Part shown: piece by piece, positions 63,114 to 64,000 of the stretch
Layout: the number at the start of each line of letters is the position of its first letter
How positions within the stretch are numbered: position 1 is the first letter of the stretch
NCBI GenBank assembly: GCA_963839205.1
Contig: CAWITU010000002.1
Span: forward strand, 772-64,771
DNA length: 64,000 bases
Reading direction: 5' to 3'
From: an uncultured bacterium
GTDB taxonomy: Bacteria > Patescibacteriota > Minisyncoccia > Phycocordibacterales > CAWITU01
The notes under the pieces: generated by a model
Databases searched by the model: none
The model's input: the letters and a program-made list of their open reading frames with translations, nothing else
Told to the model about the DNA's origin: nothing
Position numbers and translations under genes: made by a program

Positions 63114-63851
63114 ATGAAATGCATCGGTATTGATTATGGTAGTAAGAATGTTGGGATTGCGGTGGGGGACAGCGAGCACGGCCTAGCTTTTCCTAAGGCC
63201 GTGCTCGCTAACTCCTCGCGCCTTCTTGCGGAAATCAAAGAAATCGTGACGCAAGAAGGCGCGGGAAAAATCATCCTCGGAGAATCTCAAGATTTTAAAG
63301 GAGTGGACAATCCGATAATGAAGAAAATTCTCTCTTTTAAGAAAGACCTTGAGGATGATTTAAAGATTCCAGTTATTCTTCACCCAGAATTTATGACTTC
63401 AGCTGAGGCAGAAAGATTGCAGGGCAAAAATGACATGATTGATGCTTCAGCTGCCGCACTAATTCTCAAAAGTTTTTTTGATAATAAAAAGAATGAAATC
63501 GTCAAAAGTGAAAAACCCGAAGTCACTTTTGACGATTTTTCTAAAATCCAAATTAAGGTTGGTGAAATTTTGTCAGTCGAGAAGGTTCCAGCAACTGATA
63601 AACTTTTAAAACTGTCTGTTAATTTTAATGAGGCATCACCTCGCCAAATCATTTCTGGTATCGCCCTTCATTTTTCTGACCCAGCGGTGCTTGTTGGCCA
63701 AAAATGTTTTTTCGTAACTAATTTACAGTCTAGAACTATTCGAGGGTATGAAAGCAACGGTATGCTCTTCGCAGTTGGTGGAAAGGATGATATCCCATTC
63801 TCATTAATTAAAGCAGGTCCAGAAATTCCCCCAGGAACTCCCGCAAATTAA
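63114..63851 (+). CDS. ruvX: fusion protein: YqgF/RuvX nuclease domain + C-terminal tRNA-binding (Trbp111/CsaA-type OB) domain
   Basis: The N-terminus MKCIGIDYGSKNVGIAVGD...LPEFMTSAEA is YqgF-like. The C-terminus FSKIQIKVGEILSVEKVPATDKLLKLSVNFNE..RQIISGIALHF..LVGQKCFFVTNLQSRTIRGYESNGMLFA is the tRNA_bind fold. Confidence 0.8.
   Translation: MKCIGIDYGSKNVGIAVGDSEHGLAFPKAVLANSSRLLAEIKEIVTQEGAGKIILGESQDFKGVDNPIMKKILSFKKDLEDDLKIPVILHPEFMTSAEAERLQGKNDMIDASAAALILKSFFDNKKNEIVKSEKPEVTFDDFSKIQIKVGEILSVEKVPATDKLLKLSVNFNEASPRQIISGIALHFSDPAVLVGQKCFFVTNLQSRTIRGYESNGMLFAVGGKDDIPFSLIKAGPEIPPGTPAN
63171..63209. repeat. intragenic hairpin, 14-bp perfect stem, 11-nt loop (ruvX)
   Basis: AGCGAGCACGGCCT-agcttttccta-AGGCCGTGCTCGCT. 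Confidence 0.95.
63217..63263. repeat. intragenic hairpin, 14-bp perfect stem, 19-nt loop (ruvX)
   Basis: CGCGCCTTCTTGCG ... CGCAAGAAGGCGCG, extendable by a G-U and a C-G pair. Confidence 0.95.
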
Positions 63852-63887
63852 TTTAAATTGAATTATTGGCGTGATATACTTAAACCA

Positions 63888-64000
63888 ATGCGGTTTAATA
63901 TTCTTTCATATTTTCCCTCGCCAGCTTTTCTGTCTATGCCATCGTTTGGTATTGATATTGGATCAAAATCAATCCAAGTAGTTGAGCTTAAACAGTCTAA
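63888..64000 (+). CDS. pilM: type IV pilus assembly protein PilM-like, 5' end only
   Basis: MRFNILSYFPSPAFLSMPSFGIDIGSKSIQVVELKQS matches the PilM N-terminus (FGIDIGS.SIK.VEL). It runs off the window end. Confidence 0.55.
   Translation, partial: MRFNILSYFPSPAFLSMPSFGIDIGSKSIQVVELKQS

Noticed and set aside
1-64000. Alternative genetic code (UGA recoding, as in some candidate phyla) as the explanation for the broken genes
   Set aside because: The interruptions are true frame changes, with conserved motifs continuing in a different frame, not in-frame UGA codons. Many long genes are intact under the standard code.

Overview
AT-rich (roughly high-30s % GC by eye) bacterial chromosome segment. 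Its gene content looks like a small-genome Patescibacteria/CPR-type organism; that assignment is inference only. About two thirds of the window is housekeeping. It includes the replication-origin neighbourhood (rpmH-rnpA-yidC divergent from dnaA-dnaN, with DnaA boxes), polA, holA-like, ruvA/B/C/X, pcrA, pnp, rny, clpP, tyrS, cca, a class A PBP, a murE-like ligase, rpsO/rpsT/rpmH, six tRNAs, a lone pilB and the start of pilM. There are no rRNA genes, no CRISPR array and no transposase. Four things stand out. (1) A ~14 kb accessory island (18.4-32.5 kb) encodes a Gram-positive-type type IV secretion-like apparatus: VirB4-like ATPase, PrgI/VirB3-like protein, VirB6-like polytopic protein, and two tandem pilin-like genes, one fused to a GH75/RlpA-like hydrolase domain, plus secreted and cell-wall-binding proteins. 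It has no relaxase or coupling protein. (2) At least 17 perfect or near-perfect GC-rich stem-loops (10-17 bp) lie inside conserved housekeeping CDSs. They are built from GC3 synonymous codons that are atypical for this genome. I consider this the most novel signal. (3) Frameshifted genes are very dense between 18.4 and 35.5 kb, with a few more elsewhere (xth, cca, a serine protease, pyrC). From sequence alone I cannot separate real decay from indel errors. (4) There are tRNA-linked oddities: a conserved acceptor-stem-like minihelix leader before both tRNA-Gly genes, a GIY-YIG gene sandwiched between tRNA-Lys and a hairpin-split tRNA-Lys fragment, and partial tRNA duplications. Several short GC-richer cassettes, each with its own strong terminator, look horizontally acquired. 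One holds a decaying pyrD-like/pyrC pair. Coordinates of starts corrected by hand, and all function calls, rest on motif recognition without database searches.
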